From the IMG/VR virus record IMGVR_UViG_3300045988_134537: a DNA stretch of 64,000 bases; one strand, 5' to 3'. The DNA comes from a virus. The notes beneath the pieces were generated by a model. The model saw only the letters and a program-made list of their open reading frames with translations, was not told where the DNA came from and did no database searches. Position numbers and translations under genes: made by a program. Positions 17,471 to 26,545 of the stretch are shown piece by piece (the first letter of the stretch is position 1; each line of letters begins with the position of its first letter).

Positions 17471-17511
17471 ATGTCGTAAAATAGTATATAATTACTAAAA
17501 CAAATAAGATT

Positions 17512-18252
17512 ATGGAACATAAAATGGTAACAATCCCGTTTGATTTAGAAACGGCAAAGAAAATAAGAAAAGGCGAAAGATTAGGTCAGATTGTGGCAGA
17601 GAAAGGACGAAATAGAGCAGAAATAGTATATGAAGATAATTTGTGTAATGAATATCCTTTATTGGTTGTAATTCATTCGATTCCTGTATTAGCGGATTGG
17701 TTTTCGTCCACGGGGAAAGCGTTTAACGACGCAAATCGTCTTCTTCTTGAAGTTCCAGAATATGCCACATTCAAAGATGGAGATGTGCTAAGCGACGAAG
17801 AAGGAAATTATATTTTTATCTTAAATACTAATGGGAAATATTTAACATCTTTGTATGCGAGTCTTGCAGCGGGAACAAGTCTTAATATATCGGATAATAT
17901 TGCTGCAAGCGAAAACAATATAGAACGTTATAGACTTGCAACAGATTCGGAAAAACAGAGGATGATTAACGCATTAAAGGCAAGCAATAATCCAAAGGCT
18001 AAGGAGTATCTGAAACGTTTCTTCGGAATTGAAGAAAAGCCGAAATATGATTTTAAGCCGTTTGACAAAGTGTTAGTAAAATATTATGAAGATGACAATT
18101 GGGAGGGCAATTTATTCATAAAAACAATTACAGACGATCAGGATGGGGAGACTAAATATGAATGTTTGAATGGGGTGGTGTTTGTTCATTGTATTCCTTT
18201 TGAGGGTAACGAGTGTCTTTTGGGAATTACTGAAAATCCAGAAAAAAAATGA
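17512..18252 (+). CDS. hypothetical protein, 246 aa, paralog B of 16420..17160
   Basis: Track ORF; see paralog A. Confidence 0.65.
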   Translation: MEHKMVTIPFDLETAKKIRKGERLGQIVAEKGRNRAEIVYEDNLCNEYPLLVVIHSIPVLADWFSSTGKAFNDANRLLLEVPEYATFKDGDVLSDEEGNYIFILNTNGKYLTSLYASLAAGTSLNISDNIAASENNIERYRLATDSEKQRMINALKASNNPKAKEYLKRFFGIEEKPKYDFKPFDKVLVKYYEDDNWEGNLFIKTITDDQDGETKYECLNGVVFVHCIPFEGNECLLGITENPEKK

Positions 18253-18443
18253 AAACGGTAAAGTTATCTGATTTTTCTCCTTATGACAGAAACAAAGGAG
18301 GAATGCAAGAATTGCATCATAAAATTGAGTCCAAAATACTTCAGTATTGGGGCGAAGATAGTGGTATTCTGATCGGCATCACTCCGATATATAAGAGACA
18401 TTTGTGGAGCGAAGAAGTAAATGTTATAAATGATAAACAATAA
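18249..18443 (+). CDS. hypothetical protein (64 aa)
   Basis: Track ORF, ATGA overlap. Confidence 0.45.
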   Translation: MKTVKLSDFSPYDRNKGGMQELHHKIESKILQYWGEDSGILIGITPIYKRHLWSEEVNVINDKQ

Positions 18444-19031
18444 ATATGAAAACAATAACATACGAAGTTGATATGATCAAGTCCATTTGTAATATAAGCG
18501 AACAAGTCAAGAGTTTTATCAATCCAGAACAAATAAAAGCAATTGCGGAGTCAAATGAACCGATTTTGCTTTTATCTAACAACTGAAAAATCATGAGGTA
18601 TGTATGTGTTTTTATCTGCTTTCTGTTATGGCTTATTTTTACGTTGCTATTATCATTCACTGTCATAGGATTGGTTATAAGCGTGAGTGATGAATGGCAG
18701 GAAATGGATGACAAAATAATAGATAAACTTTAATAAAATATGAATAAGAATATAATCAACAACGCTCAACTTTTAGAGATTAAAACTAAGATTAGACAAC
18801 TTGGAGCAATGATGAATGCATATCAATGCAGGTTTGTGGTTTCTTCGGGTCAATTGTTTTTTTTGTGGATGATGAATATGCTGGAACGGTTAAACTGACT
18901 AATCTTGATAATGGAGAATCTAACATATCATTCCCTTCATGTGACGATGGATTGATAATCAATCCAGCCGATAAGCATATTAAATAATTTCAAAACTAAA
19001 AATATTTAAATTAATTAAACAATAATAAGAC

Positions 19032-19301
19032 ATGAAACAAGATATAGAATATGCTGTTCCTCTTTTTAAAGCTGGTGCAGAATGGCGCATTAACAGCGTG
19101 TGGCACGATGCAAGAGAAAAGCCAGACAAAGGGAAGCTGCTCATTGTGGAGGATATTGACAGTGCTTATGATTTGGTCTATTTTTTAACCAAGAGCAAGC
19201 CATGGGAAGAACTTTCGGAAAAGAATCATTATATGCGCTGGGCATACATCGAAGACTTGCTCCCATGCAAAGAAGAAGAGGGAGGGGGTGATAATGAATA
19301 A
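19032..19301 (+). CDS. hypothetical protein (89 aa)
   Basis: Track ORF. Confidence 0.5.
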   Translation: MKQDIEYAVPLFKAGAEWRINSVWHDAREKPDKGKLLIVEDIDSAYDLVYFLTKSKPWEELSEKNHYMRWAYIEDLLPCKEEEGGGDNE

Positions 19302-19548
19302 AAGATTAAGAAATGCCATAAAGAAAGCAGAAAACAAACAAAATGAAGCAGACCTTGCACTGCAATCCATTTGGAAACATCTTGCTTTCTCAGGATTTAG
19401 AGATATTGAGCCTAATTTGAGCATGACTCCAGGAAATGAAATCATGCTTGAATGGAACTGTTCAGAAATGAATGCGAATGAGATTATAGACTGTATGGAA
19501 TCAGCAGGATATATAACTCCCGATGATTTTATTGGAGTGTTAGATTAA
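19288..19548 (+). CDS. hypothetical protein (86 aa)
   Basis: Track ORF. Confidence 0.5.
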   Translation: MIMNKRLRNAIKKAENKQNEADLALQSIWKHLAFSGFRDIEPNLSMTPGNEIMLEWNCSEMNANEIIDCMESAGYITPDDFIGVLD

Positions 19549-19656
19549 AGTATAAAATTATGAAGAGAGAAGATATTGGAAAAGCAGCAAAGATTTATCA
19601 AGAAAAAGACATGATATCTGGGCAGGTAAAGGCTTAAGAAGAAAATTTGAAAGGTT

Positions 19657-19860
19657 ATGACTGACAGAGAACTTCTTGAAGAAAACAATAAGATGTTAAA
19701 GGAAATTCTAAGTTTTGTGAGAAAAGTCGATTCTACTGAATACAGAGATCATCAAGACTTTATGGAATTTCTTAGAAATGTGGCAGCCGATATATGGGTA
19801 GAATATACGGAGCCTGAACAAAGAAGTAAGTTGTTTAATTTAATAAATAAAGAAAAATGA
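19657..19860 (+). CDS. hypothetical protein (67 aa)
   Basis: Track ORF. Confidence 0.45.
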   Translation: MTDRELLEENNKMLKEILSFVRKVDSTEYRDHQDFMEFLRNVAADIWVEYTEPEQRSKLFNLINKEK

Positions 19861-20525
19861 AAACAGTTTTTGATTTAAGCAGGGATGAGATTGTATCATT
19901 GACATGCAAAGAGATATATCTGTATATAGACAAAGAGCTTGCTGGTAAAGGTATTCCAATTGAAGCTAAAAACTGGAATATAAAGAACGAAAAAGAAGTC
20001 GTGTATCCAAGAATGGGAGTTCCGGTATTTATGTTAAAAGATATCGGCATCGGTTTTAGAACCATAGAAGGTGCAACAGAGGTGGCTAATTTGCTTGTCA
20101 AGTATAATGCATTTAAAACAGAATCGAGATATCTGGCAGGATCGTATGAACAGTTTTGGATCATGAAGGAGGGTGTTTGCCCGGCTGTTAAAGGAGAAAC
20201 AGGATATAGCAAGGAAGAGTTTGATAAGATAGATGAGAAAAATAAAAACCCTGAATTGACAAGTATAAACACCTTCAATGACACCGTGAAAAAAGCCAAT
20301 GAAATCAAAGATAGGGTATTGAAATACGTGTACAATATAAAACAAGAGCGTTCATATAACAACGACATGGTTGGCATCTTTGAGAGGTATAAAGATATAG
20401 CAGATGGCGACATGGAGGTGGCTATGAATTTTATCAAGGAGGCCTATCCATTCAATGAAGAAACAGAGTCGTTTATCAGAAAAAAGTTTGACATGCCTAT
20501 ACCGGACGAATCAAAAGAGCAGTAA
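19857..20525 (+). CDS. hypothetical protein (222 aa)
   Basis: Track ORF. Confidence 0.6.
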   Translation: MKTVFDLSRDEIVSLTCKEIYLYIDKELAGKGIPIEAKNWNIKNEKEVVYPRMGVPVFMLKDIGIGFRTIEGATEVANLLVKYNAFKTESRYLAGSYEQFWIMKEGVCPAVKGETGYSKEEFDKIDEKNKNPELTSINTFNDTVKKANEIKDRVLKYVYNIKQERSYNNDMVGIFERYKDIADGDMEVAMNFIKEAYPFNEETESFIRKKFDMPIPDESKEQ

Positions 20526-20600
20526 TTAAGCTAAATTAAATCATTTTGAATCTTTTTTATTATCAAAAGACATATCTTTGTCCAAAAAAAAACAAACAGG

Positions 20601-20855
20601 ATGGAAGAAAAAGAGATAAAAGAAGCTATGATTGAGGCTCTGACGCACTTAGAGGGGTGTAAGTATTTCGTGGCTACGATAGTAAATGAAGAGGAAAGAA
20701 GATTTGATATGAGCCAACGAATGTCACAGCATCAATTGGCGTTAGTTATAAAAGGTATCTTATCTAATAATGAGATGATGATGATGGACGTTTTGCAGTG
20801 GTGTTCTGAAAGATTTAAAAACAGTATAGAGAAAGGAAAGAAATCAACTAATTAA
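20601..20855 (+). CDS. hypothetical protein (84 aa)
   Basis: Track ORF. Confidence 0.5.
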   Translation: MEEKEIKEAMIEALTHLEGCKYFVATIVNEEERRFDMSQRMSQHQLALVIKGILSNNEMMMMDVLQWCSERFKNSIEKGKKSTN

Positions 20856-20866
20856 ATATTAATACA

Positions 20867-21337
20867 ATGAATCGCTGGTTTGAAATTACGGTAAAAGCCG
20901 AGATTGATAATATCGAGAACGGCAAAAAAAAGAAAGTAACTGAAAAGTATTTAGTGGATGCCTTGTCTTACACAGAGGCAGAATCAAGATCGTTGGAGAT
21001 CTTCAAGGATTTGTACAATTCTTTCGAGGTTGTAAAAATTAATCCTATTAAAGTGTCGGAAATCTTCTTCAACGGAGAAGCTGAGTACTGGTATAAGTGT
21101 AAGGTGAATTACATTACACTGGATGAAAAGAAAGGTAAAGAAAAGAAAACTCCATGCTATATGTATATCCAGGCCGGCAATCCTAAGGATGCCGAAGCTG
21201 TGTTGACTAAAGGTATGCAGGGTACGTTAGGAGACTGGAATTGCGAGTCTATTGTGGAAACGAAAATCATTGAAGTGTTTAAATACGATCTTCAGAAGGG
21301 AGCTGAAAAATTAGGCGAGAAGAAGAGTGAAGAGTAA
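20867..21337 (+). CDS. hypothetical protein (156 aa)
   Basis: Track ORF. Confidence 0.55.
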   Translation: MNRWFEITVKAEIDNIENGKKKKVTEKYLVDALSYTEAESRSLEIFKDLYNSFEVVKINPIKVSEIFFNGEAEYWYKCKVNYITLDEKKGKEKKTPCYMYIQAGNPKDAEAVLTKGMQGTLGDWNCESIVETKIIEVFKYDLQKGAEKLGEKKSEE

Positions 21338-21566
21338 GGCTGATGTAGTTTCCAACATAGCGCTTGTTGTGGCGATAATATCATTGCTTTCAGCAGGCGC
21401 TTTCCTTCTGATAGTGATTAAGACAGACGAGGTATCTAAATTATTAATGAACGTACCTTATCTACTGGCTTCAGCGGGATTATTCTTTTCAATAATATCA
21501 TTATTATTCGAATGGAAAGCAAGGAAAAGAAGCTATACGTCTGCGAAAAATGCGGACGAAAAGTGA
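21327..21566 (+). CDS. small membrane protein (two predicted TM helices), 79 aa
   Basis: Track ORF; hydrophobic stretches. Confidence 0.45.
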   Translation: MKSKADVVSNIALVVAIISLLSAGAFLLIVIKTDEVSKLLMNVPYLLASAGLFFSIISLLFEWKARKRSYTSAKNADEK

Positions 21567-22036
21567 TGATAAGAAGTCATGGCTTATGCCAGGCTTGCAG
21601 GAGCAAAGAGTTGACTCCGAAGAAAAAAGACAGAATTACATCCATTAAAAACAGCAGCAAGAAGAAAAAGTTAGAAAACCCGGATTTATCCGGGTTTTTT
21701 CGTCTTATGTTGGAGGAATTGAGTACTATTCGAATGTCTATGACTGGTAAGGCTATTCATTTTCCTACAGTATGTAACGTCTGTCACATACTTCCGAAAA
21801 GGTTATATAAGTCGGTTGCCACTTGCAGAGATAATATAGTTTTCCTTCATGAATCGGAGCATACGGTATTCGACATGTATCTTGACCGGATGGAATTTGA
21901 TAAACTTGAAACAGAATTTCCTTTTGTGTGGAAGTATGCGGTAAAGAAGGTACTGGATATGGAAAGCAGGGGAATGATTAAAGAAAGAGGTAGATTAATT
22001 ATTGAAATAATTGACAGATATGAGAAAACTTTATAA
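21512..22036 (+). CDS. hypothetical zinc-ribbon protein (CEKCGRK ... CQACRSK), 174 aa
   Basis: Track ORF; overlaps upstream gene by about 55 nt. Confidence 0.5.
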   Translation: MESKEKKLYVCEKCGRKVMIRSHGLCQACRSKELTPKKKDRITSIKNSSKKKKLENPDLSGFFRLMLEELSTIRMSMTGKAIHFPTVCNVCHILPKRLYKSVATCRDNIVFLHESEHTVFDMYLDRMEFDKLETEFPFVWKYAVKKVLDMESRGMIKERGRLIIEIIDRYEKTL

Positions 22037-22192
22037 AATAAGAATAGAAGCTGACGATGAAACTATCTTTTATGCTCACATACGAAGAGAGAGTTATGGT
22101 AAGGATATAGCTATCGCAGTGAAAGATAGAGATAAAGATGAAGTGGAAACAGTGTTACATTGTATTAAAGAAGAATTGATTAGAGGAAGATC

Positions 22193-23509
22193 ATGAAAGA
22201 AAAAATAAAAATATTGACAGATTTAGGATTTGTACCTATGGTGGAAGGAGAAGGAAATACGTTGTTTAGAATGAACGATGTTGTGATATCGGTGTCAGAT
22301 CCCAACCAAACACCAGAGCAGTTAAAGAAGGAGGTTATGTCTTTAATAAAGAACAGAGACATAGCAGAAAGAGGCGGACAGGTTCCAGTAGTTGAAGAGC
22401 CGGCGCCTGAGCCAGAGCAGGCCCAGAAGGAGGAACCGGAAGCTCCGGAGGAGGGAGCCGCTTCTAACCCTGGAGAAGAGGATTCGAATCCGTTTACAGA
22501 AAATCAGGAAACGTTAGAGCCGTTTTATATCTGTGATGAGTTAAAGAAGATCGAGACTCCCAAATTCGTAAGATTGACATTAGACGGTAATCGTTTTTAT
22601 GTAAGAAAGATGGATGATGGGACAGCCAAGATATATGCTTCGGTAACAACCATGATCAGAGACGGATTCGTAGATGACAAGACGGCTCTTCAAGAATGGA
22701 GACAGGAGATGAGGATGATTGGTCGCAATCCGGAAGAAGTATCAGAATATGATGCAGATAAAGGAACGATCATGCACTACCTATACGGATTGTACTTGAC
22801 GGGTAGAGATATGGTCTTAAATCGAAGTTTTATAGTTAAGACAGTGCAAGAAGGCAAGCTTAAAATATCAAAAAAGAATCTTGACAAATTCTTTGGTAGC
22901 ATAGATGATCTTGACGATATGATTGTCAGAGTTATGAAGTTTGCTAAGTTTTGTTCGGAGTATAAGGTTAAGCCGATGATGATTGAAAGAATATTGTCAT
23001 TAGAAGATTATTTGGTAGCTACGCCGATAGATGCGATGGTTAAAATGACATTCAAATACAAAGAAGAAGGTTATTTTGGAGCCGTGTATCAAAGGGCTAC
23101 GGGGCAGTTCAAAAAAGGAGATCCGAAGAAGGAAGTAAGAGAAGTGGAGAAAGAAGAGATTGTTATCTTAGATTTTAAATCAGGTGACATACGAAATGAA
23201 CATGCTTTTCAATTGGAGGCTGAAAGGAGAATGGTTAAAAACTGGTACGGAATTGATGCACGTATTATGAATTTTTCTCCAAAAAGCACGAACAGTAAAG
23301 GTTATACGCTAAAAGAATGGTCTGATAAAAATGCTGCTATGGAGAAAGCGGACTGTGTGTTCCAACAAGGGATGTTGAATCATATCAGAAAAGATAAGAG
23401 GTTCAAAGTGAGAAAAGGAGTGCTGAATATCAATAAGCCGTACAATGAAGAGGATCATATTGTCGTATATGATATTGCTGAGGAAATGTCTAAAAGATTC
23501 GTAATATGA
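22193..23509 (+). CDS. hypothetical protein, 438 aa, with acidic Pro/Glu-rich linker; C-terminal part weakly resembles a PD-(D/E)XK / YqaJ-type nuclease fold (LDFKSG ... HAFQLEAE)
   Basis: Track ORF; motif resemblance only, weak. Confidence 0.6.
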   Translation: MKEKIKILTDLGFVPMVEGEGNTLFRMNDVVISVSDPNQTPEQLKKEVMSLIKNRDIAERGGQVPVVEEPAPEPEQAQKEEPEAPEEGAASNPGEEDSNPFTENQETLEPFYICDELKKIETPKFVRLTLDGNRFYVRKMDDGTAKIYASVTTMIRDGFVDDKTALQEWRQEMRMIGRNPEEVSEYDADKGTIMHYLYGLYLTGRDMVLNRSFIVKTVQEGKLKISKKNLDKFFGSIDDLDDMIVRVMKFAKFCSEYKVKPMMIERILSLEDYLVATPIDAMVKMTFKYKEEGYFGAVYQRATGQFKKGDPKKEVREVEKEEIVILDFKSGDIRNEHAFQLEAERRMVKNWYGIDARIMNFSPKSTNSKGYTLKEWSDKNAAMEKADCVFQQGMLNHIRKDKRFKVRKGVLNINKPYNEEDHIVVYDIAEEMSKRFVI

Positions 23510-23739
23510 GTGATATTGTTATTCCTAAAGGAGATTATGTGGAAATCGTAAAACCGATATGTATCAATCCTTTTGGTGATTATTTTATTAACATCAAAAG
23601 GGGTTCAAGATTAAGATTATCGAAAGATTTGAAAATAGGGGATAAGTATGCAATATGCATACTCACATCTTACGAGAAATATGGCAAGACTGTTAATGTG
23701 ACAATGCCTATACTGGTTAGAAACACAAGAAGAGTATGA
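23506..23739 (+). CDS. hypothetical protein (77 aa)
   Basis: Track ORF. Confidence 0.45.
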   Translation: MSDIVIPKGDYVEIVKPICINPFGDYFINIKRGSRLRLSKDLKIGDKYAICILTSYEKYGKTVNVTMPILVRNTRRV

Positions 23740-24086
23740 AAAGAAAAATTAGAAGAACCGGGGAGATAATAGACGTAATCACCTTCAATGGTTCAACTAT
23801 AAGAAGAGACTATGACAAAATACAATTCTATGACAGCAACGGAAGTGTGATAAATGAGAGTTTAAATTATTATCTCGATACCCTTCCTGTGGATGATGAG
23901 AACAAAGATGTAGACTGGGAACAACGTAGATTCGATCTTGTTAAGGCTTATTCTATTGAGTTCATTAAAATGCAAGATAGAAAAGGAGAAATAGATTGCG
24001 GAGTATATATACCAGATGTGGTGTCATGGTCTATAACTATAGCGGATAGAATCATAGAAGCAATGAGAGGAGTTAAAAATGCTTGA
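23736..24086 (+). CDS. hypothetical protein (116 aa)
   Basis: Track ORF. Confidence 0.5.
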   Translation: MKRKIRRTGEIIDVITFNGSTIRRDYDKIQFYDSNGSVINESLNYYLDTLPVDDENKDVDWEQRRFDLVKAYSIEFIKMQDRKGEIDCGVYIPDVVSWSITIADRIIEAMRGVKNA

Positions 24087-25092
24087 TTTCAGAAGATACG
24101 AAAACGTACCCCGGTTTCAACTTGACCGCAGGCCCGGAAGGAGCCGACTGAAGCTAACCTGCCCAGCTTGCGGGAAAAGCCGGTGTCTCACCCCTTATAT
24201 TGATGTGGCAACAGGCCAGGTTGTTGGCAACGAGTTCGGAAGATGCGATCATGAACGGACTTGCGGTTACGATAAACGACCTACTGGTAAGGATGTAGGT
24301 GACAAAGATCTTTGGATCTCGGGAAACAAGTGTATAAGAGCTTATCGTCCTCCTGTAAATCCTGACGTTGTAAATTACATACCTTTTAGCGAGTTTGAGA
24401 GGACTGTAGTTCCAGACGATAGAAACACCGTATTTAGATTTTTATCGTCTCTATGGGGAAAAGAAAGGGTATCTGACGTATTTAGAAGGTATCATGTTGG
24501 AACAATGGACTTATGGGGATGGAAAGGGTGTTGTATATTCTGGCAGATAGATAAGGACTTTGTATGCAGAACCGGCAAGATTATGGATTTTTATATAAAG
24601 ACCGACAGCCAGGGGAATGAGATTGATGTAAAAAGAGTGAAGGAAAAAGACGGTGACAATGAGCGACCTCATGTCATGTTTTATCACTCGTTGCATGCAA
24701 GAGACTTCTTGTTTAGACAATGCCTGTTTGGAGAACATCTTCTAAGCCAGTATCCAGATAAGGTAGTTAATTTGGTGGAGTCAGAAAAGACGGCTATTAT
24801 ATGCGCCGTGAATAAACCAGATGAGTTGTTTGTAGCTACCGGTGGGTTGCAGAACTTAAGACCGGAAGTGATAGATGTTTTAAAAGATAGAAAGACTGTA
24901 GCTTTTCCGGACAAAGGACAAGCATTTGACACATGGAGTAAAAAGATAGATGGGATGATGATGAAGTCAAGGATAAAAGTATCGGACTATCTTCAGAGTG
25001 TTGAGAATGTAGGGGACGGAGATGATGTGGCAGATTTGATAATTAATAACAAAGTAAAAGAGAAATATTATGAGCCTGGACGTTTATATTAA
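24079..25092 (+). CDS. putative DNA primase: N-terminal zinc ribbon (CPACGKSRC ... CDHERTC) plus C-terminal TOPRIM-like segment (LVESEKTAII ... VAFPDKGQAFD)
   Basis: Motif-level resemblance to TOPRIM (conserved Glu, Asp-x-Gly) and a primase zinc finger; position next to the DnaB-like helicase. Confidence 0.5.
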   Translation: MLDFRRYENVPRFQLDRRPGRSRLKLTCPACGKSRCLTPYIDVATGQVVGNEFGRCDHERTCGYDKRPTGKDVGDKDLWISGNKCIRAYRPPVNPDVVNYIPFSEFERTVVPDDRNTVFRFLSSLWGKERVSDVFRRYHVGTMDLWGWKGCCIFWQIDKDFVCRTGKIMDFYIKTDSQGNEIDVKRVKEKDGDNERPHVMFYHSLHARDFLFRQCLFGEHLLSQYPDKVVNLVESEKTAIICAVNKPDELFVATGGLQNLRPEVIDVLKDRKTVAFPDKGQAFDTWSKKIDGMMMKSRIKVSDYLQSVENVGDGDDVADLIINNKVKEKYYEPGRLY

Positions 25093-25423
25093 GAGCAAGA
25101 AGAAAGAAGAGGATCGTAAATGGGTTGCAAACATCACCCACAACATGAACAAGATGGCACAAAAAATATTCGTATCAGAAAACAAAGAAACACTATACGA
25201 TTATGTTTGGAGACCGGAAGAATTGGGTAGGGAAATAGATACTAAGGAGATGGTGAAGATACTCACAAAAGGTATATATATTATGATCTCCAAGAGAAAG
25301 AGTCTTTTGAGATACGAACCAGAAAACGGATGGGGGTCTTATGATTCATTTCTTAAGTTTCTTATCGAATACAAAGAGGCGTGTGAAGATCGTCCTGGTT
25401 ATATAATTGAAGCAAGCAGATAA
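25070..25423 (+). CDS. hypothetical protein (117 aa)
   Basis: Track ORF. Confidence 0.5.
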   Translation: MSLDVYIKSKKKEEDRKWVANITHNMNKMAQKIFVSENKETLYDYVWRPEELGREIDTKEMVKILTKGIYIMISKRKSLLRYEPENGWGSYDSFLKFLIEYKEACEDRPGYIIEASR

Positions 25424-25682
25424 TATGGAAAATTACAAAAACACTTTAAATGAGGTAGTGGTGATCGAATCGTCACCAGAAACGTATTTTGTTTACGCTA
25501 TTCGTAATGCTATTCGTATCTCTAAATGTGCGTATCCGACAGCCAAGAAAGTAATTTTCAAAAGAGAGGATGTAGAGGTAGAGATTTCGGAAATGGAAAC
25601 TGAAAACAGTTTGTATGAAAAGTTTAAAGAAAAACAAAAGAATAGGGTATGGAACTTAATGAGCGCCAACAACGGGTTTTAA
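25407..25682 (+). CDS. hypothetical protein (91 aa)
   Basis: Track ORF. Confidence 0.45.
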   Translation: MKQADNMENYKNTLNEVVVIESSPETYFVYAIRNAIRISKCAYPTAKKVIFKREDVEVEISEMETENSLYEKFKEKQKNRVWNLMSANNGF

Positions 25683-26215
25683 GAGGCGAAATTTGTCCTT
25701 ATTGCGGAAGAGAAACCGAGTTGATCAATGCCGATAAAGTATATAACAGAAAAGGCTTAGGGATGGTTATGATGTGCAAACCATGCAACGCTTATGTCGG
25801 TGTTCATGAATCAGGGCCGAATAAGGGAAAAGCTAAAGGCCGGCTTGCAGGGCCATCACTGAGATCTCTTAAGATAAGAGTCCATGCCGAACTTGACAGA
25901 CTATGGTCTACGCCGGAGGAACGGGAAAGGATGTATAAAGATTTATCTGAATTTCTCGCTATACCGGAAGAGTACACACATATAGGTATGTTTGGCGAGA
26001 AGACGATGGGAAAAGTCTTTCAGTTCTGTCATGTAAACAAAGAGCGATCAGGTTCGAGAATAGAATGGCATAAACCTGGAGATAAGTGCCCTAATAAAAA
26101 CAATCAAATAGTGTCAGGCAGTAGCGCATGTAGAGGATGTCCTGAGTATCTTCATGATGAGAAAGACGGATATGTCTGGTGTGATCCTGATATGAGCTAC
26201 GGCAGGTTGAAATAG
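25649..26215 (+). CDS. hypothetical zinc-ribbon protein (CPYCGRE ... CKPCNAY; C-terminal CRGCPEY), 188 aa
   Basis: Track ORF. Confidence 0.5.
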   Translation: MELNERQQRVLRGEICPYCGRETELINADKVYNRKGLGMVMMCKPCNAYVGVHESGPNKGKAKGRLAGPSLRSLKIRVHAELDRLWSTPEERERMYKDLSEFLAIPEEYTHIGMFGEKTMGKVFQFCHVNKERSGSRIEWHKPGDKCPNKNNQIVSGSSACRGCPEYLHDEKDGYVWCDPDMSYGRLK

Positions 26216-26266
26216 GGCGCGAATTGCCTATCTTTGTGCTATTATTAATCAAAAAAATATAAGCAC

Positions 26267-26545
26267 ATGGGCAGATCAACAGAGTACTACAGGACTCATC
26301 CCGAGGCCAGGAAGAAAAAGGCTAAAAAGGACAAGGAGATAAATGCCAGACCGGAACAGAAAGCCAAACGCCGAGAGCTTGGTCGTAAAAACTACGAAAC
26401 GGACAAGAAGAAGGGAAAGGGCTGGAGGAAAGGCAAGGATTGTTCTCATACCAAGAACGGTCTTAGGTATAAATCAGTAAAAGCTAATAGGGGATCCAAA
26501 TCGGATACGAAAGGTGACAAAAATGCAAGAGGATCTGAAAAATAA
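26267..26545 (+). CDS. highly basic Lys/Arg-rich small protein (92 aa), probable nucleic-acid binder
   Basis: Track ORF; composition. Confidence 0.45.
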   Translation: MGRSTEYYRTHPEARKKKAKKDKEINARPEQKAKRRELGRKNYETDKKKGKGWRKGKDCSHTKNGLRYKSVKANRGSKSDTKGDKNARGSEK

